DNA of 63,022 nucleotides, counting the filler, from Choristocarpus tenellus KU-1152 (lineage: Eukaryota > Protista > Phaeophyceae): NCBI GenBank assembly GCA_964200185.2. It is 12 parts of 12 records of this genome, joined end to end, with 100 filler letters (N's around TTAATTAATTAA, not from the genome) between each part and the next. Parts side by side here need not be neighbours in the genome. Positions count along the whole stretch, not along the records: positions 47,883 to 53,128 come from CAXNAD020011364.1; positions 53,229 to 60,054 come from CAXNAD020007263.1; positions 60,155 to 63,022 come from CAXNAD020024079.1; 9 more parts are not named here. The stretch is one strand, 5' to 3'. The position numbers and the translations under genes were made by a program. Numbering within the stretch: position 1 is the stretch's first letter; every line of letters starts with the position of its first letter. This document shows, piece after piece, positions 51,880 through 63,022 of this stretch. Under the pieces are notes generated by a model, which searched no databases, was not told the origin of the DNA, and was given only the letters and a program-made list of their open reading frames with translations.

Positions 51880-52800
51880 TGAAAAAAAACTCTCGACAAG
51901 GCTTAGTTCTCATATAGATTGGGAGGCATGCAAAGTTGGAAAAGGTGGGGCTACACCAGGGTGTCCATTCGGGCCCTGATCAGGAGAAGTGCACTTACAT
52001 TTATGTCCGCAGTCAGAACTCAAACACCCTGACGAAGAACTGCTACAATGCGCTCCGTAAGCGACCTCCAAGTTACAAAACGCTCCACAAGCTCACAATA
52101 ATCAGATATGCAGCTCCTATCCATAAGAATTATGTGGGCCATGAAGCTTGTACAAGGCTCCATAATGTAAATGTCGAGTATGCTGGATCACTCATTTCCA
52201 TTATTTACTTCATAAGCATTATTATCATATAAAAAGGGACCGGCAACGATGTACCACCCCAATGGGGCATCAAAATGACTAAATAAAGTATATAGTCAAG
52301 TATATAGTCAAGGAGTACAAATATATAAAATCTAGGACTTAAAGGTCATAATCGTGCCTATGAAACCGCCGTCAAGACATAGTGCCTATATCAGAACAGC
52401 ATAGTGGCGTGGTGCCTGGAAGCAAGAGGGATAAGACTCGGATTGCTCGGGGGACGGACTTCGGAATTTTCCGAATCGCCGCGTTCCGTCATCTGAAGGA
52501 GTACGATAGCCAATTGCTCGGGTTGAGCACACAGACCTTGTACAATGTCACAAGGAGTGGTGTGGCCACCGTACAAGTATCCCCGATATTTGGGATGTCC
52601 CAACCTTCCCCAAATGGGCAGCCAAAGCTGGGGTCTCCCTTGCCCCTTGTGGGATCCATGAAAGCACAAGACGTTGAAGTTGGTCAAGTGGTGGATTAAG
52701 CCAGTCCTCTCAGACCAGCAGAAAGTCAACAGGGTGGGTTTCATTATCAGCCACACACACAGGAGGGGGGGAAGTGAGGTATTAGTGGACTACAGAATAA
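51880..52800 (+). mobile_element. 5' part of a mariner-like element with a nested MITE A fragment and solo LTR
   Basis: GCTTA.TTCTCATATAGATTGGGA shared with ~55116-55140; 52530-52790 aligns with 55545-55805 (GGATTAAGC.AGTCCTCT.AGA.CAGCAGAAAGTCAACAGGGTGGGTTTC); MITE A-like CTACACCAGGGTGTCCATT at ~51951. Confidence 0.7.
52172..52393 (-). mobile_element. Putative solo LTR of the 25003-25205 family
   Basis: TGTCGAGTATGCTGGATC ... AATCTAGGA ... ATGAAACCGCC.TCAAGACA...CA; flanks GTAAA / GAACA are at best a decayed 5-bp TSD. Confidence 0.6.
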
Positions 52801-53228
52801 TTATGGAGCTACAATATGGCTATTTTGATCGTTTTGTTAGTGAACTGCAATTGTGACAAAAACTATGGTAATACCAAGTGATACAATGTAACTACTGTTC
52901 ATCCATATAAAGGTAGGTAGGTGCGTTTTTGTGACCCATTGGAGATTACGAACCTGCTCCTATGCCCATTTCAAGTTTTGTTCACATTATATACTAGAAG
53001 TATAAGTAGACTCTACCACTAGTAGTATACATGGGAGTAGCTGTTATGTTAGTTGAGCTTCGAGATATAACAGCCGATTTCAAAAATTGAGGATGGAGCT
53101 TTTCATTGAGGATGGGCTTGACCCAAAANNNNNNNNNNNNNNNNNNNNNNNNNNNNNNNNNNNNNNNNNNNNTTAATTAATTAANNNNNNNNNNNNNNNN
53201 NNNNNNNNNNNNNNNNNNNNNNNNNNNN

Positions 53229-53295
53229 CCATGGGAAGCCAAGCCCCAAATGGACAAACAGGGCAAAACTCATACCCGCTAAGATACTTTCACTC
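53229..53295 (-). mobile_element. MITE family B partial copy at contig start
   Basis: CCATGGGAAGCCAAGCCCCAAATGGACAAACAGGGCAAAA...AAGATACTTTCACTC. Confidence 0.9.
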
Positions 53296-53499
53296 AACCT
53301 CAATCGTGTTGTAGGTGCAGGCCATGTTGAGAAAGCGGAAGATGCGACCAAAGGGATCCAACCATCTGTCATGATGGACATGTCCTTATCAGCAAGTGTC
53401 TTATTGACCTTTTAGCTGTAAACCTTCTCTTGCTCTCCTCAAAGTATCAAGGAGTCAATTGCAATAGGACACATTTTTATATTTTTTATCGCTGAACAA

Positions 53500-54935
53500 A
53501 TCTGAGTGTTTTTTAGAGCAGGAAGAGGCAGCAGCAACGGGCGGCAGAGACATTCACGGGAGGGGAGAGACACCAGGTCAGACTTGAACTATTTTGAGGC
53601 TACTTTTGAGGCGGGTTTTGGGACACTTCTCAGACACAATGTGATCCTCCAAAACTCGCTTGAAGCGCATGGGGGGCCTTGAACAGGGATGAGGGTACTC
53701 ACTACACTCTCATGATGGGTCAATGACTCCAGTGAGAGACTGCCATCAGGAGGTGGACAGTCACTTGCTGACAGTTTGGGGTGACCTCAAAGACGATGCT
53801 GAGGGTTTGGACTATGGTCGCCACTTAATTCTTGGAGGGCAATGTATTGTGTCTGGATACAATGCTAAGGTCTGGGAGGCCCACGGACCTCTCTGAGACA
53901 AATAAAACAGTTATCAAGTCCGCCAAGATGAATCTTTGCTCCCTTCTCATGGGAAAGTTGCTGCAATAATTGAACAATATCGGGGTGCAGAAGTCTCATG
54001 CTACCATATTTCGGTGACTGTGAAGATAGGGGCCAAGAAGAAACATCTGAGGGTCAAACCGACTCTGGGATTACCACAAGACTCTCAGGGATGGATTTGT
54101 GTGCAGTGAGGTGAAGAGGTGGTATGGCACCTTCAAGGACATTTTAATTGTGGTTAAGACCGTGGTTACTTTTTGCTGCCTGAAGGTGGATGGCCAATAG
54201 GTCCATTTGTTTCCTGGGGAGGGCAGTCTCGGTGCTCCAAAGCTTTGCCACAGGAGCGTCATCTCTAAATTTTTGTATATTGTGGCCAATAATCTGCAGG
54301 ATCCATCCAAGAACTTCAATGGGAGCATCAGAATTGGTCAATTACAAGTCTAAGAACCAAGAGAAGGGTTAGGAGCATAATTGTGATGTTACCATAGTCG
54401 CACAGTGGTACAAGACATGTTTCATATGGGAATTCGTCCTGGCAATTGGGCACAAAATGCCCCGTATGCAGTGGAGGTTTGTGTTATTCTGCAGGATAGT
54501 GCCAGCCCTCACATGGCAAGGGTAACCCAGAATCCCTTTATAATGCAGGGCAAGCTAAGGGGTTTCATGGCTTGCACACAACCTACTTAGATACCAGACT
54601 TGAATATCAATGACTCAGGGTTCTTAGGTCCCTCGAATCAGGGTGATGGGGTCACAGTATGGTTCTCTTGAGAAGCTTCTTGATAGGTTTTTCTCCAAGT
54701 GCAAGGAGTATGATGGCATGACACTCAGGGAGGATTTGATAGAGCCTGGTCAAGGAATATTATGTATGGTACCTTTGGTCAAAGGGAGTCAACGACTTCA
54801 AGGTTCTGTACAGCAGGATTGAGATTGCCTATGGGGCAGGGAAATTGCGCAAACAGGTCAAAATCGACCATGAGGCTTGATCTAAGGCCCTGGACTTCTT
54901 GATGGGCAGGGACTCTGATGACACAAAGGACTAAT
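53500..54935 (+). mobile_element. Decayed mariner-like transposase
   Basis: HLRVKPTL, SEVKRWY, LQDSASPH...TQPT*IPDLNINDSGFL, GVNDFKV; multiple disablements. Confidence 0.75.
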
Positions 54936-55099
54936 GTTGAGAACAAATATTAATGTAAAAACTTGGTAGGCTTTGAATCTGCTGTCGTTGCCTACATCTT
55001 CCTCCGAGAATTCATATCAAACAAGTAATACTTTGTTCGGAATTAAATGTAACTTAACTTTTGCGACCTCAATTCTCGTCCAGGAACAACCCACGTGAT

Positions 55100-56600
55100 G
55101 AACCCTCTGGATGAAGCTTACTTCTCATATAGATTGGGAAGCGTGCCGAGTTTGAGATGGTGGGTTGTCATGACTGTGGAGGATCACCAGTGCAAAGTCG
55201 ACCAAGTCACATTTGATGGGGTTCAAAAAAATCGCGAAACTGTGATAGTGGGTGTTTATTAGGATGTGTAGAACAAAGGCCCCCCAGCGGTCAATTGTTT
55301 CGCCCATCCCGTCATCACCCATCAGTCACAATTCTTCAATACAGAAGTCTGACGGGGTCCAGACTCAAGTACCCCGATGAAGAACGGCATGGTGTCAGGA
55401 TGCCTGGAGGCGAGCAGGTGCAAAACTCAGATGCCACGGGGGACGGCAGCAGCCATCACAGAGGACTTTGGAATTTCCCAAATCGCCATCCTCCATCTCC
55501 TGAAATATTATTTGACAGGTAGATAGCACGGGGTGGATGCATGGAGCTTTGTACGATGTTGCAAGGGGTGATGTGGGCACTGTACAAGTATCCTGGATGT
55601 TTGGGATGGCCTATTGGTACGCCATACATCCTTCCGCCATCGGGTGACCAAAGCGGAGGTCTCCCTTGCCTGATCGTGGGATCTGTGCAAATGTGAGGTT
55701 CAAGCAGATCAAGCACTGGATTAAGCTAGTCCTCTGAGAGCAGCAGAAAGTCAACAGGGTGGGTTTCGTCGTCAGTCACGCACAAAGGAGGTATTAGTGG
55801 ACGATCTGTATGATTGGGTGAATGGGACCAGCAAGTTGTTTTATATTGCATCCTCAAACACGGGCAAGGTGCGTGCGTACCTGCACCCCGCTGAGGACCG
55901 CCCCCAACCCCCCACAGGCACAGAATAGATGTTATATTACAAAGGTGATGTTCCTTGTCGCTGTGGCCCGCCGTGGGAAACTCCAGCAAACACCGCCCAA
56001 GGGCAGCAAGGTGCTTGTAGCAGCCATAGTGGACGGGGAGAGGTATGAGAAGGTCATGATCGTGGGTGTCATCCTGGTGATCAAGGCCCGCATGCCTAGA
56101 AGAGAATGGCACACTATATCCATCCGTGTAGGAAGATGGGACAAAGTCACACACCAAGGGGGGGATCATTGAGGCAATTGAGAAGCTGGTGGGGGACGAG
56201 ATTTGTCATAATAGAGGCCCACCCAGCCAACTTAACTGACCTCTAGATCAATGACCTAGGGTTCTTTCATTCCATCCAGCAACTGAAGGGAGACGTGGGG
56301 GTGACCAGCGCAGAGGAGGTGGCAGCAGTCTCAATGAAGCTGTTTGATGTATACCGCGAGGAGACACTAGAATGAGACATTAGAATGAGACACTAGAATG
56401 TGTCTGGCAGAGCCTCTCTTTCAGAATAAAATGTGAAGTGTTGGGGTCCAAGGGTGATAACGTTTTCAAAATTCCCCAACTTGGCAAGGAAAAGGTTGAG
56501 AAGCCGGGTAAGCTCCCCTCAAATGCCCCAGTGGATGTGGTGAAGTACTATGATGGAATGGAGTTATGGAGGGCTTCGGGGGCTGAATCATAGATAGGTA
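55100..56600 (+). mobile_element. Decayed mariner-like element
   Basis: WIKLVL*EQQKVNRVGFV, YITKVMFLVAVARRGK, PAN..DL*INDLGFFHSIQQLK, ETLECVWQSL, GSKGDN.FKIP. Confidence 0.85.
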
Positions 56601-57145
56601 TATGCTGCTGCCCTGTTTTAGTTGAGATTTTGGTGGGCAACCTTTTAGTGCTTGCAGAACATGTCCGTAAAATATGAATATGTGAAAAAAAAAATCTTGC
56701 TTCATCATCGGGGCTGTAAAATTTATGTTACGTTTAATTCCAAACGGAGGAAGTTTTATTTTTTGTAGTGGTATGGGAGGGATTTATGCCAGATGTCAAT
56801 AGTTCTTCTCCATGCAAGAGCACTTGATGGATGTACTTAGAATGGCGTCTAGTCAGTCTCTTTTACTTAGGGTTAGGGTTATTATCGCAATGGAATCACT
56901 TGTGGCATTGAGTTTAAGGATACTTATTGGCTGGAGTGATATTCACTTACATGATGGGATCAGAGACGTTATTTTAAATGTGGCTCGGAGGATAGATCAC
57001 TGAACTGTAAAACCATTGTGAGTGTTGTAAGACAAACCAAAATTTTTGTCCAAAAGAATTTTCAGTTCTATCTGTTGAGAAAGGTCACGGAAGATTATTT
57101 TCTAGAAGATGGTTAGTGGACAAAGGATTGGGCTTTTCATTTCTT

Positions 57146-57420
57146 CTATTGAAGTTTTGCACTAGCACTAATAATAACGCCACCATCAACACGTTGAGAT
57201 AATGTTGGTGAGTAGGAGCAACACTCTATCTGTCTTGGAACATTTTTTTTTTCTGTGTTATCTAAAACAATTAGCACCTTAGCGAGTGTGACAATATGTG
57301 ACCCTTGATAAAATACATTTTGCAAAGGTAATGGATGGAGTTGTGTAGTGTACGTAGGCACCAATTCACCGTAGCAGGTCATGTTTTTTTTATAAATCAA
57401 ATTTGTGTCAAGTACAATAT
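57146..57420 (-). mobile_element. pogo/Tigger-like (DDE_1) transposase remnant
   Basis: AKVLIVLDN...IECCSYSPTLSQRVDGGVI resembles KVLLxLDN...LPPNxTSxLQPxDxGVI. Confidence 0.45.
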
Positions 57421-57995
57421 CGGTAATATTTTTTGTAATTCTGTGCTCAAGGCACGCTGGAATTGTGATTGGTGCATTACTGGCATTGATCGGAATGTCC
57501 AACAGATCCTACCCCTTACCAGGAACCTGTTGGTGACTACCCCTACCCCCCACTCTGATTCATATTCCCTCTATTACCTTTGCTCTTGAAGGCTTCTGAT
57601 TTTCTCACCTCACCTCACCTCACCTCAAGTTTGATGCACACTCTCTTCAATATTTTAAAAACTCCCCAATATTGTTAGAATGCTATGATAAGGTTGAGCA
57701 GAGCAGGTTGCAGGTCAAATTTAACTCTTATTGAGTCTCTTATTGAGTCATGAAGTACAGTACTATTCGTATTGGTTGTCCAGGTTCTGTTGGTGTAATG
57801 TCTATACTCTACCAATCGCTTTGTATTAGTTACTTCTTTTCCAATGACTTTCCAATTGTCACACACCTCTTTTTCTCGCATTTTATCGTACCTCGTCATA
57901 TCTCAACCGCTTCAAACAAAACCAATCAATTGATTTCCTGATGGTTACTTTATGGTCTCTTTGCCATACCCTTTCATCAACCTTCCAATGACCAG

Positions 57996-58097
57996 GTCTA
58001 TAACATCTTGGATGAGTTCATATTGAGTGGAGAGGTGGAGGAGAGCAGTAAGAGGGAGATACTTGAACGTGTAAGAGAGCTGGAGAAACTCGACTAG
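57996..58097 (+). CDS. AP2S1: Clathrin adaptor small (sigma) subunit, most like AP-2 sigma, terminal exon
   Basis: atgaccag|[33 protein letters not shown]; matches the conserved VYxILDEFILxGExxETSK sigma C-terminus with a short AP-2-type tail. No upstream exon found in this contig. Confidence 0.85.
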   Translation, partial: VYNILDEFILSGEVEESSKREILERVRELEKLD

Positions 58098-61000
58098 TAT
58101 AGTGACTAGCATGACTATAGGACAAATGCCACCCAAAGTTGCTGCCAAGAGTGACCTAGGGTCCCCATGAGGAGATCTGGTTGTTGTGAGGTTGAGTGGG
58201 ATGGTGTGGGACAAGAAGGTGCCAATGAGGGAGATATATTTTCGCCACTTTCCCATTAGTGTTAAGACATACAATATGTGTGTGTTGGTGAGGTTTTTGT
58301 GTCAAGTTTGAGAAAGAACAATAAATAAGGTGGTAGTAATCAAGTGCTTTTCCTTTACTGGTGACCTGGTGTTGCTGATTATTGTTGGGATTAATTTATT
58401 TATACCTTGAGGTTTACCATCATATTCATGTTCATACTCATGTTCATATTGATGGTAGTTTGCGCCTGTGTGTGTATTGAAGTTGGATCGTGCATAGTGG
58501 CAAAGACTAATGAAAGGAACATGCCAAGTAGGTAGAACTTTCTGTGCTTCTCTTATCCGTCTGAAAACTTGCATAACCTTTTTCAAGGTTACTTATTCTC
58601 TTGGTAGGTCCTGTTGATACAGGAGGTTGAGATGGAGTGTGCAGTTAGTCAATCGCTGATCCATGTCCAAGTGGTCGAAGGACACTTCCATTGGTGTTAC
58701 AAGCATTGTTTGAAACCGTTGTCAATTGGGATAAAATAGAGCAGTGCTGAATTTTCTACTTTGATTCTCTTTCTAAGCTGAGAAGGTTAACTGTCCTCAC
58801 AGATCATTTATATTGTTTTTGGTATGTCGCAATGTTCATTGCACTTGCATTATTCATCGTTAACAAGAAACACCGTAAAATGACACATTGTATTCATTAA
58901 GGACAATGTTCATCTCAGCTTGATTTGATCAGTTTGGATGAGGTGAGATAAGATCACCGCATGCTTCTCATCTCTCCGTCATATACTTATACTTCAACAT
59001 GTACCGCTAGTGCTACTGGTAATAATGCTTTTGTTGAGTAGTTGTACGTAATATATTGCATCCTTTATCAGAAAAGGGTCCTACACTGTAAGTTTGTTGA
59101 TACTGACCACTTGTTGGATATCTTGTATTTACAAAAGGAAGAGATGGTCCTCATTAACATATTGGTTGGGTCTCAGTCTAGGAATCAGTCATTATCATAT
59201 TTACCCAACATCCTACAATACTATTATGAATCCAACATGGAGTAGTACTGAGTCCATAAATCATCAAACAATATTATCCTCAACATCAGATGATGAAGTA
59301 ATATTGTAGAGGTAAGAAATAATATCGATTGGATACGTATGTGTATATATATGTGAGGAACCCATTGCATCACACAATGTCCATTTCCATCAACCGGGAA
59401 TGTCAAAGTGATAAAATAATAGAGAGAAAAAGTAGACAAGAGGGTTTGTATGTCTGCTGTTCGAAAGATTTCGACATAATTCGGAAAATATCCTACACAT
59501 ATTTGATTTTTTTGAAGTTGAATTTTGGACATATTTGCCGACATCGTTAAAATGCGACTTAGGGTAATTTCGCCTACTTTTACTCCTACTTATTAACATG
59601 ATTGTGATCCAAACAGAAAAAGACTAGAATATTATCTTGAGTTGACTGCTTCAAAACAAATAATGTGAGTGGACCCTCTAGGTATATGATATCAGCAACA
59701 AGGGGGAAATAGATGCAATATGAATACATCTTTTTTGTCATTGTGTAAGACATTATTGGGGTCCACCCATCGCCTTAGATTTAAAAAAATACAAGACTCA
59801 ATAAATATTTTAATTGTTCATCATCGCAGGATCTGGCTCCATCAATCAGATTAGTGAAACAATAAGACAAAAGTGTCTAACCTGCTCCATGCACATTCAC
59901 AATTATTGAGAAAGAACATATCCATCACCAATCCATCTATTAATCCATACAAATTCAACAATATTATGAAAAGAGATGATATGTGTTAGGCAGGGTCCAA
60001 TCAGTCGTGGGGGGTGTTTAGAATCACCAATTGTGTCATGATGGGGTGCTTCCCNNNNNNNNNNNNNNNNNNNNNNNNNNNNNNNNNNNNNNNNNNNNTT
60101 AATTAATTAANNNNNNNNNNNNNNNNNNNNNNNNNNNNNNNNNNNNNNNNNNNNCCAGATACTTTGACCCATAACCCAGGCATGAATCTTAGGTGGTAAC
60201 AATATTTTCTTCTTGCCAGGGGAAGGTTGTTGGTGACAGATGTGGACCCCACTCCCACGTACCACCTGTGGCCCACATTAAATTATGAGCGCCATGTGAT
60301 GAAATGGCGACTACTATCTTGCGCGTTGATGTCGTAGTGGTGGTGATGATACTATATATTGCTGGCAGTAGGAAAGAGCTGCAAGACGACTACACATTAC
60401 AATTTGGAAAACAAAAAAGTATTGAAGGTGTTCGAACCCAAGGTGTTCATTTGGGGAAGACTGCATACGGACATCTGACCTACCAGGGCGCACAAAAAAA
60501 AGTTGAGAAACTGTATTGTACTCCTCTGTTTATACGATACTTAAAAGTAGTATAATTTAAGTAGTATGAAACCTTATATTCAATCAAGTGGAACGTAGGC
60601 AAGGAAGGACGGACGTGAGACTGACGAGCGTTAGCCTGGCTAATAGATTCCAACATGCAAGAATTATGTAAGGTGTATACCATATAGGCTAGTACCTTGA
60701 GACAACAGTTCAGACTGGTCGAGTCCAAAATGGGAGGAAAATCATGCCATGCCACTTGTACTTTTAGGTATATATCAAGTGATGCATAGGTATGTATGCT
60801 TCTGTGGGCCTTTGAGTAGATGGGGGTTGTTCAAAGTGTGCACACACTCTGGCTCTCAGTGGAACAAGCCTGGAAGTATTTGTTGTGCAAAGCAATCCTA
60901 GATGTAGTAGTGTCCGTATTTGTGGCTGAACAAACCACAAAGACCCACCTGTACACAGCACAACGGATATGACCTTATCGGGCACAACCACACTCTGCTT

Positions 61001-62806
61001 TGAGCGATGGCCTTGTGGAAATGCGTCGATTTTACTGAAGATAGGATTCCAAGTCACTCTAAAAACATAGAACTCCACATTGTGTCATCGTTCCTGCCAT
61101 TCACTGCCTCCATCTTGGTTTGCCTTGGAGAAAGGAGGCCTCCTGTCCAGGCCTTACAGCAATTACTTTTGAACTGGAGTGTCTTACCTTGACTTGGCAA
61201 GAGACAACTTTATTATGACTTAGAAGCTTTGAGAAAGTTCCTGTATTGCTTCACCAAAGGGAAGAGTACATGTATCAATCTCAGAAATTCTCTGCTCAGT
61301 AGCAACCTGTACCAATATCAAGCACTCTAGAGAAGGCTATGGCGCTCTGTAGCTCCCCACTGCATTTAATAGTGATACAGAGCGCTTTGTGACAGAAGGA
61401 GGAGATCTCATGACGCTGATACTGGAGTGGGGGGGGAGCACATGTCCCAAAATTCCAATCCATGGAGCCCACAGAGCCTCCTTATTCCTCTCATTTGTTC
61501 TGGATAAGCTTTTTCTTGTATACAATGCGATTATTATTATTAATATTATTATTATTGTTAGTACGAAGTACAGTATGGCATCGTCCTTTAGATCTGCTTC
61601 TATGCAAGTTCATCCTCTGCTAGAATGGCTGCTCCACAGGAACAGCATCTCCACTGGGGGTCTCCCTGCACAGAGAGGAGCATATAATTTGCATTCAAGG
61701 AGGGTGGAAGATAAACTGTGTGTGTGACAGAGGAAAGGAGTGACATTAACTCTCTCAGGTAATGATATGTCTTGTTTGGACGTGATATGTCTCCAGCATT
61801 GATGGGGCTAGGGCGTGTCTGCAATATATATTAGATGGAGTGGATGAGGCCAATTGATTAATCGAAGCTGTCCTTAGAGCTTTGACAAGCACCCAATATC
61901 CGATTTTGCGTGTCACGTATGTACAATCACCAAGAGTGAACTACAGCAACTGAGTCGAAGTAAATGAGAGGCACTAAGAGTTTCATCTTAAGGGTGGCAA
62001 CAAACATGGGCAAAATTCGTTTGTTCTTTTGCAATTGTGTACAGGATATTTTCCAAATCGTGTGGGAAACGTGTAGAGTAATAGAGAGAAATAAAGTCAA
62101 ACTCTTAGAACTTCATTCATAGAAATACGGATGAATTGCAAAAGATTGGAAAACAGACTTCAAATGCAAATCAACCAAAACCTGGGCACCTCTCGCATTT
62201 ACTTTGGCTTACTTGTATGTTAAGCGACTTCGGTGAGGACCTCCAATCCCATCTGGTGCGGGTATCCAAAACTTCCCAACCCAGTGCCCAATCCCCCGTA
62301 CACCTAGAATCTCGCCGCGTCGTCCATAAACCTTAATGTCTGCATTCAGCCCAGTGTAGTCCCTAACACGCTCTGTCCACCACCTTCACAATCAAATATA
62401 GCAGTTGTGATGTCAGCGCAACTTAGTTTACGTCAAGTACAATCTAGACTAGGGGGCGGGGGGTCTTGAATTTGTCTCCTTGGACCAAATGTGATGACAT
62501 AGGCAAGCTTTCTCTTGGTGCATTGCTCCTATATTTGCAGTTTGCTGTGGACCCCCTCTACAAGCTTCAGGTCCGCGATTGTTTGTGATGAGGGGTGAGG
62601 AGTTGGTAGTTGTAGACTCAACAGTGGTTTGAACGAGGACCAGTGGGTTCTGTAAATGCTCAGGTTACTTGTTATACGTAGTGATTGTCACTTGGGAGGA
62701 GTGAGAACTACCAGCCCATACCAATACTCTATGTATAGTACTCCAAAATACGTTTTTTTAATCCACCATAGGCAAGAGGATAGTGGAAGCTTACTCAATA
62801 ACAACA

Positions 62807-63022
62807 GAGTGAAAGTATCTTAGAGGGTACGATTTTTCCCCTGTTTGTCCATTTGGGGCTTGGCTTTCCATGGGCGTTTTATTACATTTTCCTTCTCCAA
62901 AATGTTTCAGAGTGGATAAAATGTGTATGTTATTAAAAGGTGTGTCCAGAACATAGGCATTGACAATTCCTAACACACACGATAGCCAAATTACATCAAA
63001 ATTGCAACATTGGACTTTGGCC
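62807..63022 (+). mobile_element. MITE family B copy running off the window end
   Basis: GAGTGAAAGTATCTTAGAGGGTACGA... colinear with 1185-1400 and 10659-10875. Confidence 0.92.

Noticed and set aside
59224-59800. OTU-protease-like words (PVDGNGHC; W...HY) on the minus strand
   Set aside because: Motifs are in the wrong order and in broken frames of AT-rich sequence.
60764-62340. Several exon-like segments on the minus strand of the last contig
   Set aside because: Could not be joined in phase or matched to a known family.
1-63022. CRISPR-like or prokaryotic defence system suggested by dispersed repeats
   Set aside because: Repeats are TIR-bounded MITEs or tandem arrays without unique spacers; no cas-like ORFs; genes are spliceosomal.

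Overview
Eukaryotic nuclear DNA, very probably from a brown alga (Phaeophyceae) or a close relative, because it contains a spliced mannuronan C-5 epimerase with the brown-algal C-terminus. The window is not one locus. It is 12 short contigs (about 2.6-8.6 kb) joined by 11 identical artificial 100-bp linkers (44 N + TTAATTAATTAA + 44 N), so adjacency across linkers means nothing. Most ORF-track entries are spurious, and the real genes are intron-rich and truncated by contig ends. I rebuilt exon chains by hand with matching GT-AG sites and phases for an inositol monophosphatase (-), a diaminopimelate decarboxylase (+), an internal part of TRRAP/Tra1 (-), a mannuronan C-5 epimerase (-), the last exon of AP-2 sigma (+) and two tentative unknown genes. 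The rest is dominated by decayed mobile elements: several mariner-like transposases with DD40D spacing, pogo-like remnants, two Ty1/copia relics, RLE-type LINE 3' ends, a ~200-bp LTR family, two related MITE families and a TG..CA fold-back element with a 5-bp TSD. The most notable unexplained patterns are dense, strand-biased interstitial TTAGGG tracts (one flanked by a 10-bp duplication), many 11-13-bp tandem duplications and a 15-bp intronic minisatellite. I found no prokaryotic system, CRISPR array or RNA gene, and I cannot claim a confirmed new biological system.
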